A stretch of DNA of 64,000 nucleotides from Eledone cirrhosa. Its lineage: Eukaryota. Shown one piece after another: positions 12,529 through 24,854 of the stretch (the stretch's first letter is position 1; the number at the start of each line of letters is the position of its first letter). The DNA lies in assembly GCA_964016885.1 (NCBI GenBank), contig OZ024743.1:223262001-223326000 (forward strand), given 5' to 3'. Made by a program: the position numbers and the translations under genes. The notes below the pieces were generated by a model. The model saw nothing but the letters and a program-made list of their open reading frames with translations, had not been told where the DNA came from and made no database searches.

Positions 12529-12746
12529 CCCTTTAGCATTTAAACCGACTGTATCCAGCCAGAATTCTCTCACCTCTTTCTGTTCAAACTGGCCATAACT
12601 TGCTGCTCATAATTATGTTAAGGTATTGTTCTCAAAAGAAATATCAAAATCTCTAAGATTCCATATTATGTGAGATAATTATGTAAGATAAAGACTTTAC
12701 CACAAAAATACAATAGTATATATAGAGTAATGTAAATGCTAATGGG
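12529..12746. mobile_element. piggyBac-type MITE (~220 bp)
   Basis: TTAA|CCCTTTAGCATTTA ... TAAATGCTAATGGG|TTAA; five more copies in the window. Confidence 0.85.
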
Positions 12747-12906
12747 TTAATGAATGATTTACTAAAATTATTAATTATTTCATTACTAAGATAGTAATTT
12801 AACATATTGATCTTATATGAAATTATATTCAAAGGTTTTGGTTGGAATGGTATCAAAGCAGTTACATAAAAAGTGTTAGATTAAAAACAAAAAAAAAAAA
12901 ACTTAC

Positions 12907-13071
12907 TTTTGTACGGAATAATCGTAGACTCTGAATTTTATCAACATACAGTCTCTTCCATGAAGAACATTCATATGGATTTGGTAACTGAGGTAGGTAC
13001 CATCCAAAGCGTACACACTTGGGCAGCCATAACTGGTCCATCTCACACAGCTGATTCCAAAACCAGCAAAC
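12907..13071 (-). CDS. FBXO16: FBXO16-like F-box protein, coding exon 4
   Basis: ctttag|GTT...AAA|gtaagt, 165 nt, phase 0/0: VCWFWNQLCEMDQLWLPKCVRFGWYLPQLPNPYECSSWKRLYVDKIQSLRLFRTK, matching the F-box C-terminal half of the FBXO16/ECT2L family as I recall it. Confidence 0.88.
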
Positions 13072-13239
13072 CTAAAGAAAAATCAATGTAGTAGAATATT
13101 AAACCTCTCATTACCATATTTCTAGTAAAAAATACTGCTTATAATTTTCAAATAATCAAGAATTTGAAAAATTTAGTAATATAACAAACTTTCACATTAT
13201 TAACTGTTAGGACACTGCATCCTTCAAAACTTTCATGCT

Positions 13240-13434
13240 TCCCGACATTCACCAACATTTCACCTGATATCCCCCCTCCACACACACATGCATGCATGTG
13301 TGTGTGTATCACGACTCGTATACTGTTCACTTTCCTGACATTTGTAGATTATTCTATGTACTATACATGCACCTTTGATGAGTTGTAGTGCACCTGAGCA
13401 ATGTACACAATAATTTTCATTATATTATATTATT
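13240..13434 (+). mobile_element. 3' end fragment of the CR1-group LINE
   Basis: Similar to 22320-22515 (GAGTTGTAGTGCACCTGAG...ACAATAATTT-(ATT)n); directly followed by a family 1 SINE. Confidence 0.75.
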
Positions 13435-13437
13435 GGA

Positions 13438-13601
13438 TTGGCAGTATCGGTAGAGGGTCGGATGCTATGCTTTCCAGCATAGTTATGTCCCTTTACGGTC
13501 TGAGTTCAAATCCCGTCGAGGTTAACTTTGCCTTTCATCCTTACGGGGGTCGATAAAATAAAGTACCAGTAATGGCCTTGTGCCAAATGTAGAAACAATT
13601 A
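13438..13601 (+). mobile_element. SINE family 1
   Basis: GAGTTCAAATCC B-box, CCTTTCATCCTTACGGGGGTCGATAAAATAAAGTACCAG domain, AGAAACAATTA end. Confidence 0.8.
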
Positions 13602-14226
13602 TATTATATTATTAAGCTGGTGTTTGGAGCATAACTTGATAAATTATGATGGAAGGTTTACACTTTAAAACAAACAGTTTCATGTAATAGAATCAGGGGC
13701 TGTTTCAGGGTGTTTGGTATGAAAAGGGTTAAAAAAGGAGAAAATGTTATTCAATTTTAGGTTTATTAACATCTTTAATCTTTTTATAATCCTTTCTATT
13801 TTCAAATAAGAGGAGGGCTTAGTGTTAGCACTGAAGTTTGAGTCCCAATGTAACCTCAATACGGTTTCTTCCTTGCTAAAAACAGCAGCTAAATAGTTCT
13901 CAAATTACATCCATTCCGTCTTGATACCAAACTGCTTGAAACTGTCTCTGGTTCTAAGATATAAAGCTATTTGTTTTAAAAGGTTTATATTTATTTAAAA
14001 ACCTTCTATCAATTTTATTTATGAAATTTGAAGCTATGTTCCCAACACGGGATTAACAATTAGAAAGTTGGTTATATAATCCTTTGAAATTCTTGATTAT
14101 TTTCAAAATTATTTGAAAATCATAGACAGTGTCTTTCAATAGAAACATGGGAGTAAAAGTGTTAATAATCCTTTCTATATCAAAAGTGTTAATAAATAAA
14201 ACAATAAATAAAAGCAAAATTCTTAC

Positions 14227-14433
14227 TTGAGAACATCTACAGAGACTTCTTGGATCCAGAAAGGAGAAAATGAAGAGACTAATGACTCGAGGTAAAACAC
14301 GAGTAAAATCCTCTTGACTAGTTGGCAGGTGTTCATCAATACACTGCTTAACAAACCGAAGTTGCTTGGGACTGCATTCTTTCACCATTGAAGCAAGTAC
14401 AAGAGATCGTTGCTTGTCTGACCATTTTTCAAA
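14227..14433 (-). CDS. FBXO16: FBXO16-like F-box protein, coding exon 3
   Basis: ccag|TTT...CAA|gtaag, 207 nt, phase 0/0: FEKWSDKQRSLVLASMVKECSPKQLRFVKQCIDEHLPTSQEDFTRVLPRVISLFIFSFLDPRSLCRCSQ. The F-box start DFTxxLPRVxSLxIFSFLDPRSLCRC is FBXO16-like. Confidence 0.92.
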
Positions 14434-14682
14434 CTGGAATAAGTAATTAGAAAATAGAAATTCAGAGATTATTACATAAGGAAATGTTTAACAAATTTAC
14501 ATAGTCCCTTAACCTACCTAGGAGGACAGCCTATCATCATCATCATCCTCATCATTTTTTACATCTGTTTTCCATGCTTGCATGGGTGAGATGAGTCCTC
14601 TTCAGTATAGCATCCCTCCACTAGTTTCTTGAGGTCAGCTGTCACCACCTCTGCCAATATTTTTCTTGCTCTTTCTCTTTAA

Positions 14683-15252
14683 CCCTTTAACATTTATATT
14701 ACTCTACATTCACCCAGGGACGTAATAGTCTACTTTAATGGAGGCACATGGCTTAGTGGTTAGAGCATTGGCCTTGCAATCGAAAGGTTGTGAGTTCAAT
14801 TCTCAGACCGTGTGATGTGTTGTTTCCTTGAGCAAGACACTTTATTTCAGATTGCTCCAGTTTACTCAGCTGTAGAAATGAGATAATAAGGACTGGGGTC
14901 CCTATCATTCCACTGCAAAGTGGTCGTGGAGGTGCCACGGCAAAAAAGCACCCAGCACTCACTGTAAATGAGGTTGGTGTTAGGAAGGGCATCCAGCTGT
15001 AGAAATCAAGCTAGAATCAGTTCCCGTCCTACCCTTGCAAGCAGGGAAAAGCGGATGTAAAATGATGATGATTACTATTGTATTTTTGTGGTAAATACTT
15101 TACCACATATAATATCAAATCTATGAGATTTTGATATTATTTATTTTGAGAACAATACCTTAACGTTGGTATGAGTGGTCAGTTGTGGCCGGTTTGAACA
15201 GAAAGAGGTGAGATAATTCTGTCCGGATGCAGCTGGTTTAAATGCTAAAGGG
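14683..15252. mobile_element. piggyBac-type MITE interrupted by a SINE
   Basis: TTAA-flanked TIRs of the same family; a family 2 SINE sits at the position of the internal TATATA run. Confidence 0.8.
14740..15071 (+). mobile_element. tRNA-derived SINE, family 2 (CORE-like centre, RTE-like 3' tail)
   Basis: A box TGGCTTAGTGG, B box GTTCAATTC, CCTTGAGCAAGACACTT core; tail shares GTTGGTGTTAGGAAGGGCATCC and (GAT)n with the RTE 3' UTRs. Confidence 0.85.
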
Positions 15253-15727
15253 TTAATAACTTCCTTCTACATGGAAACTCCAGGTATTTGTTCACCCAGT
15301 GATCACTATCCATATGCATCTGTTACCAAATTGTCTGTACCAGTGCACTGATTAAGTACTACTATTTTGATGATGACACATACACAACACAAAATATGGG
15401 CTATTTCATAGTCACTGCACATCATTCTTTGTATCAACTTCATCTTCTCAGTGCTTAATAAAGGCCCAAGAGATCGGCTTCATATATACAATGTTTGTTG
15501 AAATCTAAAAGCTATCTAATTCAAGATGGTAAGAGTTGTCACATTTTCTTGGCTTGATGGTTTAAAGCATCTAGCTGGTATCTGGGAGATATGGAGTTCA
15601 ATTCCTCATAGCAGCCGATTGCCACTTTTTTTCCCATCTTTAAAAGTCTTCACCATATTTTATAGCATCTTTGCACACATCATTCTTTGTCTCTCTCTCT
15701 CTCTATATATATATATATACATACATT

Positions 15728-15766
<39 letters not shown>

Positions 15767-16101
15767 CTACACAGCAAAAATCTTATTTTTACGAAACCAT
15801 TTTGCTGATTTAAGAGCTATTGAGGGTGAAGACGTGTGTGTGAACTTGTCTTGTACATCACCTTTCTTTATTTCCTTCTTTCAGTCACTTCTATGTGCCA
15901 GCATACTTCTCCTTGTCCTCCTCTTTTGGTCTTTACTATATTTCATCTGCCTGTCGCCCACCTCATGGATTGTCTCTGTCGACCACTGGCCGCTGGTCTC
16001 TGAGGCATTTTTGCCCATTGATGTCTTTGACAGCATTTGGCTGTTTTAACAGCTGTTCTAGTGATGAGTTTTCTCATTTTTATAAGTATGTGTGTGTGTG
16101 T

Positions 16102-17567
16102 ATCATCATCATCATCATCATCACCGTTTTACGTCCGTTCTTCCACGCTAGCATGGGTTAGACGGGTTGTCCTGTTGTGGGCAGTGTCTGGTCGGCTGAC
16201 CATGCCTTGCTCATACAGGAACTGATCTGGCTTGATTTCTACAGCTGGATGCCCTTCCTAACACCAACCTCATTTACAGTGAGTGCTGGGTGCTTTTTCG
16301 TGGCGCCTACACGTCCACTTTACAGTGTGGGCTGGGTGCTTTTTTGCCGTGGCACCTCCACGACCACCTTGCGGTGGGGGGGGGGGGGCATATTGTTTAT
16401 ATGCTTCAGCATGTACCCATGGGAGGTCGGGTACCCTGTATTACTGCATGACGCCAGAAGTCACGGTCGTGTGTCATTGACTTTGAGAGGTGTAGTTGGG
16501 TAAGGTCGGCTTTTATCACCTCATCCCAAGTCATCTTGGGTCTCCCCACTCCGCGGTTTCCATCAACTTCTAGTGCTCTGCACCTTTTTATGCAGCTGTC
16601 ATCCTTCATACGCATCACATGTCCATACCAGCGTAACCGCCTCTCCTGCACGCAGCATTTGATTCCTCTTATGCTCAGTCTCTCTCTCAATTCATTTATG
16701 CTTTGTCGTTCACGTATATTACTGTTACACATCCATCGGAGCATGCAGGCTTCGTTTCTCTCTAATCTACGTAGGTCTTCCACCTTCAGCGCCCAGGTCT
16801 CACTACCATGCAACATCGCTGTTCGGATACACGCATCATACAGTCTGCCTTTCATTCTGAGGGAGAAGCCTTTTGCAGCTAGCAGTGGTAGTAGTTCCCT
16901 AAACTTCTTCCATCCCGTTCTTACCCTAGTTATTGTACTTTCTGAGCACCCACCTCCGTTGCTAATTCGGTCACCTAGGTAGCAGAAGCTGTCTACTGTT
17001 TCTACAGGGCCCTCCCAGAGATTGGTGGTACTTGTTTCCTGTGGCTGTTTGCTTGCTGTTTCAGCACAGCTGCTGCATGTGAATCCTACATTCTTAATTA
17101 AGCTTCCTGAGATCCCGCTACATCTCTTGTGTACCCATTGTTTGCATTTGGGGCAAAGAATGGAGTTCCTACCTACACCTTTCCTACATACTGAGCAAGG
17201 CCATTTCCCTGAGGGGATCTGGGTTCTGTTTTCTCGTCTACTTATAAGGACCTTAGTCTTTGTCATGTTGACTTTGAGGCCCTTTCTCTCTAGTCCCTGC
17301 TTCCAGGTTTGGAATTTATTCTCTAGTTCTACCATAGATTCAGCTATGAGTGCGAGGTCATCAGCATACAGGAGTTCCCATGGGCATCCGGTCTTAAACT
17401 CCTCCGTTATTGCCTGCAGGACTATGATGAACAGGAGAGGGCTAAGAACAGAGCCCTGGTGGACCCCAACCTGTACGCTAAATTCCTCGCTATACTCATT
17501 GCCAATCCTAACTTTGCTGACTGCTCCCCTATACATGGCTTGTACCGCTTTCACAAGCCATTCATCT
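16102..17567 (-). mobile_element. RTE-clade LINE, 5'-truncated; subfamily B
   Basis: Open RT C-terminal half (16406-17567), near-identical to 8288-10448; (CAT)n tail, 5' end at (TA)n. Confidence 0.93.
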
Positions 17568-17640
17568 GTGTATATATATATATATATATACACATCTGTG
17601 TATATATATATATATATACACAATAGTCCTTAATGCAGGA

Positions 17641-17814
17641 AACTGTAACAGCAATCGATCTCTATAGATAATAGTTGAGAAAATTGGGTAAATGACCCTT
17701 AAAGATGGAAAACAGACGACAGAGGTGGCTCTTCTGTACACTTTTCCAGTCCCTGCAGATAATTTATCCAATTTTCTCAACTATTATTTATAATGATTGA
17801 CTGCTGTTACAGTT
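17641..17814. repeat. Foldback (long imperfect hairpin)
   Basis: AACTGTAACAGCA...ATAATAGTTGAGAAAATTGGGTAAAT pairs with ATTTATCCAATTTTCTCAACTATTAT...TGCTGTTACAGTT; inner TGGAAAA/TTTTCCA also pair. Confidence 0.75.
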
Positions 17815-17868
17815 ATTGTTGTGTTTTCCAATTTCAAACACTTTGGATGCTTTTTTTTCATAAGATAT

Positions 17869-18223
17869 ATCATCATCATCATCATCATTCATCATCATCA
17901 TTTTACGTCCGCTTTTCCCTGCTTGCAAGGGTGGGACGGGAACTGATTCTGGCTTGATTTCTACAGCCGGATGCCCTTCCTAACACCAACCTCATTTACA
18001 GTGAGTGCTGGGTGCTTTTTTGCCGTGGCACCTACACGTCCACTTTGCAGTGGAATGATAGGGACCCCGGTCTCTATCATCTCATTTCTACAGCTGAGTA
18101 AACTGGAGCAATGTGAAATAAAGTGTCTTGCTCAAGGAAACAACACATCACCTGGTCTGAGAATTGAACTCACAACCTTTCGATTGCAAGGCCAATGCTC
18201 TAACCACTAAGCCATGTGCCTCC
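17869..18223 (-). mobile_element. SINE family 2, full length
   Basis: Reverse complement of 14740-15071; (CAT)n tail; TA runs on both sides. Confidence 0.87.
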
Positions 18224-18244
18224 ATATATATATACATATATATT

Positions 18245-21200
18245 TTACATGCACATCCCTATAAGGGGACAGTCATATAGGGAAAATTAGGACTTTCCAT
18301 AAATTATTCTTCCAAAAGTAATGATGATGTTTTTCTGTGTTTTTCTATGGATGGGCAGAAATAACAAAATTGCCATGGTGATATCCATCGATAAAGTATG
18401 CGACAAAACTGGTCGATGTTCCAAAATAGAACATTGCCCAGAAAATCACATCTGCCATATCTGTACGGAACCCGAAAACTCGTTCCGTAATTGTTGGGTC
18501 GAATGTGGAACCTGTCGCATCTATGTCTGCTTTCAATGCGCCACAGGCTTCCGGAAGATCCCAGGCCAAAACAAGAAACATCATATTGCTACGATGGATA
18601 GACTCTGGGAGATGGTCCAGCTAACAAACTGGTCCTTTCAGTGCCTGGACTGTATGCCTGCCTCTCCCATTGCTGCGGAACAACAACAACAAAAAAAACC
18701 GAAGATCGTGTCTTCTTCTACCATTGTTCCCGAACAACAACAAAAACCGAGGATCGTGTCTTCCTCTACCATTGTTCGTGAACAACAGCAAAAACCAACG
18801 ACCGTAGCGTCTGCTACTACCCCCGTTGAAGGACTTCATCAACAACAGCAACCCATGTCTTCCTCCCCCGTTACTTTTCAACAACAACAACCGACAATTG
18901 TGTCTTCTCCTACCATGCCTGTTGAAGGAGAAGAACAACAACAAAAACCGACTGTCAATACGGAGTTTGAGGAAATACGGCAAATGATTTCCGCTTTAAG
19001 CCGAGAAATAGCGGAAATAAAATCAAGTGTTCGTGTAGAACCCCACAATGAGGGATCTTACCGGAGTGCCTTGTTAAAAAATCTCCGCGTACCTCATGTT
19101 GAACCTAGACGCATTGAGAATGCCACTGAATCTGCAAACCATGAAGTGATTGCCATTGGTGTACTAGAAGACATAGTTGATCTTCAGGCATTTGCTGCCA
19201 GTTAATCCAAAGACTTGGGCTGTGCTCCCGCAAAGGGTGCTCTACGCCTTGGCCGACCAGGCCCGAAACCCAGGCTAATTAGATTGTCATTTTCAAACTC
19301 AACTGAGGCACGTTCATACCTTGTAGCCTCTGATAAAGCTAGGCGTGAAAGTCGGATTGCTTTCCAAACATGCCCTGGTCTTCCACCCGATGTCCGCCTA
19401 AAGTTACGTGCTGCAGCTTCCTTAAATCGCAGCCCGGCAGAACATGAAAGCTTCAGTCTACGAGATGATGGGCAGATATGGAAGTTTGTTAAGGCTGGCG
19501 AAACATGGAAAAGAGACACCAGCTGGTCTGAAAACACTGTACCCACAACAACTGACAATAAAGAAACTGAAAAAACTCTGGGAAACTAAATCAGAACAAC
19601 CTGCCATCCCCTGCACATAATCATAGACTGGAGTCAAGGTACAAATTGTTGTCCTTAAATGCACGTAGTCTATGCAATAAGATTCATCTTTTTGACTCCT
19701 ACGTCAAAAGTATCAACCCTGACTTCATTACAGTCATGGAAACTTGGGCACATCCCTTACTCTGTGGTGGGGTTTTCAGCATGACTGGCTACAACCTGTT
19801 TCGTAAAGACCGCATTAATCATCGTGGTGGTGGTGTAATGGTCTACGTTCGGTCAAATCTGTCGGCAATTCCTTGTATTGATTTGAACCAATCACAGCAG
19901 GAAGTTTTTTTCTGCGATATACATATGACCATGTCAACACTGCTACTAGGAGTCGTTTACCGTCCCCCAAATTACCATCAGGACACTCAACTTTGTGATA
20001 TCCTCAGAGCTGCTGCCAGGAAGACAGCCACTTATGTTTTCACCCTGAGATTAACTGGGAAACCTTTCGTTGGCTGCCAAGTGCAAATGACTTCCTTGAG
20101 CTAGTGCTGGACTCGAGTTGGTCCCAAGTGGTCACCTCCCCAACAAGAGGTGACAACACTTTGGACCTACTCTTCACCACTACTCCTGAAACGGTCATTA
20201 TTGTTACTGCTGAGGAACCTTTAGGTGACTCTGATCATGCTATGATCATTGCCAATCTATCCCTCATGGGCAGTAACACAACCATCTCCAAACTGCTCAC
20301 TTTGACTGGAATAAAGCTGACTGGAACTGTTACTGCACTGAGTTGCAACGGTCAAACTGGCTTGAGTTCTACGACTCTGGAGATGTCAACACTAGACTCC
20401 AGAACATCTTGAGCTCAATATGGACAACATGTGCAGCATCGGTGCCACATAAGCGGAAAAAACATCCCAAAAGTGCAATTTGGGAGACTGCAGCAGTCCG
20501 TCTTGCCAGAAACGAACGGCGCAATGCTGAACGTGAGTACAAACTTCACAAATCAGACATTAATAGGAAGAGGCGAAATATATCGTCCAACCACCTCAAA
20601 CAGGTGACAAAAAAGGCAGTGCTTCAATTTGAGCAGCGCATAACAACCAGCCCTGACAGTAAGGTGTTCTGGAAGTATGTTCACTCAAAGCAGAGGCCTC
20701 ACTCTCCAGTTGGTCCTCTTCGCAATCCCCACACAAGCCAGGTTACTGACGACCCCAAGGAATGCACAGAGCTCATTGCTGAATGCTATGCAGGCATTTT
20801 CACTATTGAGGACCAGAGTGTACCATCTCCACCACCTATGACACCGGACTCTATTACAACCATGGAATTTACACCTGCAATGCTGCGACGTCACCTAAAA
20901 AATAAACGCAACCATGCCTTCCTGCTTCTTAAACGTGGTGGGTACTTCCTTCTGCATCAGTTATCACGCTTCTTCCAATTCTGTCTGAACAACAGTGCTA
21001 CTCCAGAACAGTGGAAAACTGCCAGTGTCATTCCTCTGTTCAAAAAGGGTGACCGCACATCACCTGTGAACTATCGTCCAGTCAGTCTTACTAGTTGCAT
21101 CGCCAAACTGATGGAATCCTGTGTCAGAGAAACACTTTGGAACTTCTGGAGCTCTCACAGTCTTATCCGGCCTTGCAATTTGGATTTATCCCCAACTCCA

Positions 21201-22515
21201 GCTGCTGTGATCAACTTATAGAGTTTCTTGAGGACATCATCCGGATCACTGATGGCGGCTCATGGGTGGATGTTGTTTACCTTGACTTTGCGAAAGCCTT
21301 CAATTCTGTGCCACACAAAAGGCTTATGGCAAAACTCTCTGCAATGGGTGTGAAGGATGATCTTTTTAACTGGTTGAAGTCCTTCATTCTCAGTCCAAGA
21401 GAGGTAGTCACGGTTCTGGGACAGCATTCCTCACCATATGAGATGTCATCTGGTGTACCACAGGGATCTGTTCTTGGCCCCCTTTTGTTTGTGGCATATA
21501 TTAATGACATAGATGCCAACTTAAAGAATGCCACAGTACTAAAGTACGCAGATGATATCAAGCTGTACCTTGAGATAAAAAGGACAGATCCTGAACACTA
21601 TAGATCTTGCTTGCAGTCTGACCTGGACACAATGCAACAATGGATCTCAGACTGGCAACTCAAGCTAGCTGTGGACAAGTGCACTATCATGCATTTTGGG
21701 AGTAAAAACCCAGCGTCCACATACTCCCTCCACAGCACTAATATCAAGAAGTCTTCTTGTGAACGTGACCTGGGCATTACGGTCAGCAGCGATTTGCGTT
21801 GGACAAAGCACGTCTCTAAAATTGTCAAGAGGGCCAAGGGTGTCTTAGCATCACTCAGCAAGACCTTTGTCAGCCGCTCTCCAGATATCTATTTAAGGCT
21901 GTACATGGCTATGGTGCGGCCACACTTAGAATTTGCATCACCAGTCTGGAACCCCTATCTTGCTCAGAACATTGACCGCCTGGAAACTGTTCAGAGACGT
22001 GCAACCAAGCGAATACCCTCCATCAGGCATCTACCATACTCTGAGCGCCTTGCTTCCCTGGGCATGGATACATTGAAGCTCCGACGCCTGGCAACTGACT
22101 TGGTAAACACCCACAAAATTGTTAACCATCTTGCCAACAACAACCCTGAGTACCTTTTTGATTTCCATGTGTCTAACACACGTGGACATGTCCACAAAGT
22201 CAGAAAACAGCACAGTTCCCATGACTTTCGGAAACATTTTTTCACGCTCAGAGTTGCTGAAGCATGGAACAAACTACCTGCATCAGTTGTTAGCTGTCGA
22301 GACACTGCATCCTTTAAGGCCTCCATGCTTCCCGAGATCCGCCAACACTACAGCTAATGTTCCCCCTCCATAGACATACACACATGTATGCCATGACTCA
22401 TACACTATTCACTTCCCTGACACTTGTGTATTATTCTATGTACTATACATACACCTTTGACGAGTTGTAGTGCACCTGAGAACTTTATACAATAATTTCA
22501 TTATTATTATTATTA
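18245..22515 (+). mobile_element. CR1-group LINE, near full length (ORF1 + APE-RT ORF2), disrupted
   Basis: ORF2 pieces: LNARSL, ETW, RKDR...GGGV, YRPP, LDL, SDH (APE); NYRPVSLTS, YLDFAKAF, GVPQGSVLGP, YADD, RPHLE, WNKLP (RT and CR1-type C-terminus); (ATT)n tail. Confidence 0.93.
18321..19589 (+). pseudogene. CR1-group LINE ORF1 with PHD-like Cys cluster and Q-rich repeats; one in-frame stop
   Basis: ORFs 18321-19205 and 19215-19589 are in the same frame; CHIC...WVECGTC...CFQC...FQCLDC; RLG...PRLIRL motif typical of CR1/L2 ORF1. Confidence 0.8.
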
Positions 22516-22542
22516 TATATGATAACATACATTTTTACTTAC

Positions 22543-22578
22543 CCATTTATTAATTAGGGACTTTCTTTCTTCAAATAA
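22543..22578 (-). CDS. FBXO16: FBXO16-like F-box protein, coding exon 2 (36 nt)
   Basis: tttttag|TTATTTGAAGAAAGAAAGTCCCTAATTAATAAATGG|gtaagt = LFEERKSLINKW; joins exons 1 and 3 in frame and matches the family xFEERxxLxxKW segment. Confidence 0.87.
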
Positions 22579-23175
22579 CTAAAAAAAAAAATAATAAATA
22601 AACAAAAGATATTTGAATCAGACTTATGTTTTTTAATATATATGGAATATATAAGCATGATGTGGCCCCTTGCCTCATCTTAACTCCAAACAACTCACTT
22701 GGTCAGTCAGTACTGGCCTGTCTAACAAGACACATAAAAACTATTATATTATCTTTTCATTATTTTGTGGTGTGTAATAATTATTATATGAATTATAACA
22801 GTGACAAAGTAAGTCTTTTTCCAACTTCTAAAATTTTCTTTACAAATCTTGCCCCCAAAATAAACTGTAAAATTCCATTCATACATATATGTCTGAAAAT
22901 TTTCAGAAATGCAGATCGATACAGGAGATGGGTCTATAACCTCCAAGGGTGTCCGTAAGCTAATCCTCTGCAAAACGAGCATAACATGTTAATGCACAAT
23001 AAAAACATAAATACATGTAAATGAAAATTCCTCGTTTTTCTTATTATATACACTTTGCTGGCGCATCGATCGTTCATATTGGTACCACCACCAGTTATTT
23101 ACTGAATCACATACACTATTGGTCATATAGGTGTCATGACAAAAAGCACCCAGTCCACACTGTAGAGTGGTCATG

Positions 23176-23488
23176 TACTTGAATAATCCCCCACCCCCCT
23201 CTTATTAATTTTTCAGATCCCCTGCTTCTTAAAAATTGCTAATCTATCTCTGGCGAAATTTTATTTTAAGTGGTAGCATTCCTGCAACAATTAATTGCCT
23301 TTATACAGTAAAAAAAACTATACATAACAAAAGAAGTACGTTACTAGAAATCTCATACATTATAAGATGAATAGGATGGGTTGGGGGTCTCAATATGTTA
23401 ACTAAATGACTAAAAAAATCAACAGAAACAACCTAGAAAAATTACCGATTTTCCACCCCACTCCCCTTTTATTTGGGACCCTAGAGTA
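23176..23488. mobile_element. pogo/Tc1-like MITE (uninterrupted relative of 35882-37253)
   Basis: Ends ATTTGGGACCCTAGAG|TA; internal TTACTAGAAATCTCATACATTATAA equals the joined flanks of the Helitron at 36068-37122. Confidence 0.65.
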
Positions 23489-24110
23489 GGTGTCACGACA
23501 AAAAGCACCTAGTCCACACTAAATTTGGTTGGCGTTAGGAAGGGCATCCAGATATAGAAACCAAGCCAGAAACAGTTCTGTATGAGCAAGACACAGTCAT
23601 CTATTCTGGCTTGTTTCACCACAGGACAACTCGTTTAACCCATGCTAGTGTGGAAAAATGGACGTTCAACAGTGATGATGATGATACATACCACATAAAA
23701 AAACAAGCCACAATGTCCACTTCGTATGGTGATCTGGTACTCTGTAAAGTGGTCATGTTGGTGACCCCCCCCCCCAGTCTATTCTGTAAGGTGGTCATGC
23801 TAGTGACACGACGAAAAAGCACCCAGTCCACTCTGTAACGTGGTTGGCGTTAGGATGGGCATCCAGGTCAATATACAGATTCGTATGAACAACCTAACCC
23901 GAATTCTCATAACGCGACAACCTAACTCGTGCAATCGTGGAAATATAGACGTTAAACGGTGATGATATTATTTATATATATATATTGTTATACTTTGGGA
24001 GGGTCATGCTGGCAATAAAAAATATATACACATATATGTATGTATGTATCTACACACATACACACGCACTACTTACATTAACGCAATTTCGATTTTCCTT
24101 AGCAACTTAC

Positions 24111-24182
24111 TTTGTTATTAATATCCTCGTCTGCCAATGGAGTCCAAGCACTTTTAACTCTATTTTTGGCTATTTTCGACAT
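24111..24182 (-). CDS. FBXO16: FBXO16-like F-box protein, coding exon 1
   Basis: ATG at 24182: MSKIAKNRVKSAWTPLADEDINNK|gtaagt; SxWTP motif is characteristic of FBXO16/ECT2L N-termini; phase 0. Confidence 0.88.
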
Positions 24183-24289
24183 ATCTGTGGAATTCTCTCT
24201 TGTAAATCCGGTCTTAGAGCCATAGAAAATATTGATCTAACCGAAATTAGATAGTTTGCCGTGTTGCTATTCAAGAAACAGCGCACCTG

Positions 24290-24705
24290 GTCGCCATTTG
24301 TAAACTCAATTATAACCACTAATGACAACAATACAATTGAATTTTATTTAACAATCTACAATATCCATGTATATAGACCGAATATATTTTTTCCCAAATT
24401 ATTTATGAAAATTTAATTTTTATTCTTCGAAGTAATTCGATAATTTACCATTAAAAAAAATTATAAATTGATCGACGTGAATTTTCCTCGCTGTCATATA
24501 TATATATATACACACCTGTATACGCATTTTATTTAACAACCTGATATTTCATTTAGGTGAGGTTTGAATGCGTTACGATTTATGAATTATCAGATAATGT
24601 TAATTAATACTAATAAAAATCAGAATTTTTTTTTTTTACTCAACTCTCGCCACATCGTGTTTCTGCGGTACACGATCCACCGGGTAGAGGCCCAACATGG
24701 CCGTG
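24290..24705. promoter_or_regulatory. Probable (bidirectional) promoter region
   Basis: Largely transposon-free and locally CpG-richer, upstream of the FBXO16 ATG; divergent YY1-like motifs CAAATGGCG (minus, ~24292-24300) and CAACATGGCCG (plus, ~24693-24703). Confidence 0.45.
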
Positions 24706-24854
24706 TGATGTATTTGGTATTTTCTTTACTGTTTGCCAAACGTTTATTTCCTAAAAGGTAGTCGACTCAGATATTTTTCTATCTGTGGTATATCTTTACA
24801 GAAAAAGAAATTTACTCTATCGTCTACTTAAATTAAACATTAGCCACAAAGAGG
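24650..24854 (+). other. Candidate non-coding first exon of a divergent gene
   Basis: Consensus donor G|GTAAGT at 24855 downstream of the plus-strand YY1-like motif; start coordinate approximate. Confidence 0.35.

Noticed and set aside
14740-14812. tRNA-like sequence with A and B boxes (also ~18150-18223, ~60880-60953, ~15550-15615)
   Set aside because: SINE heads: acceptor and anticodon stems do not pair properly, and the family 2 copies continue into SINE body.
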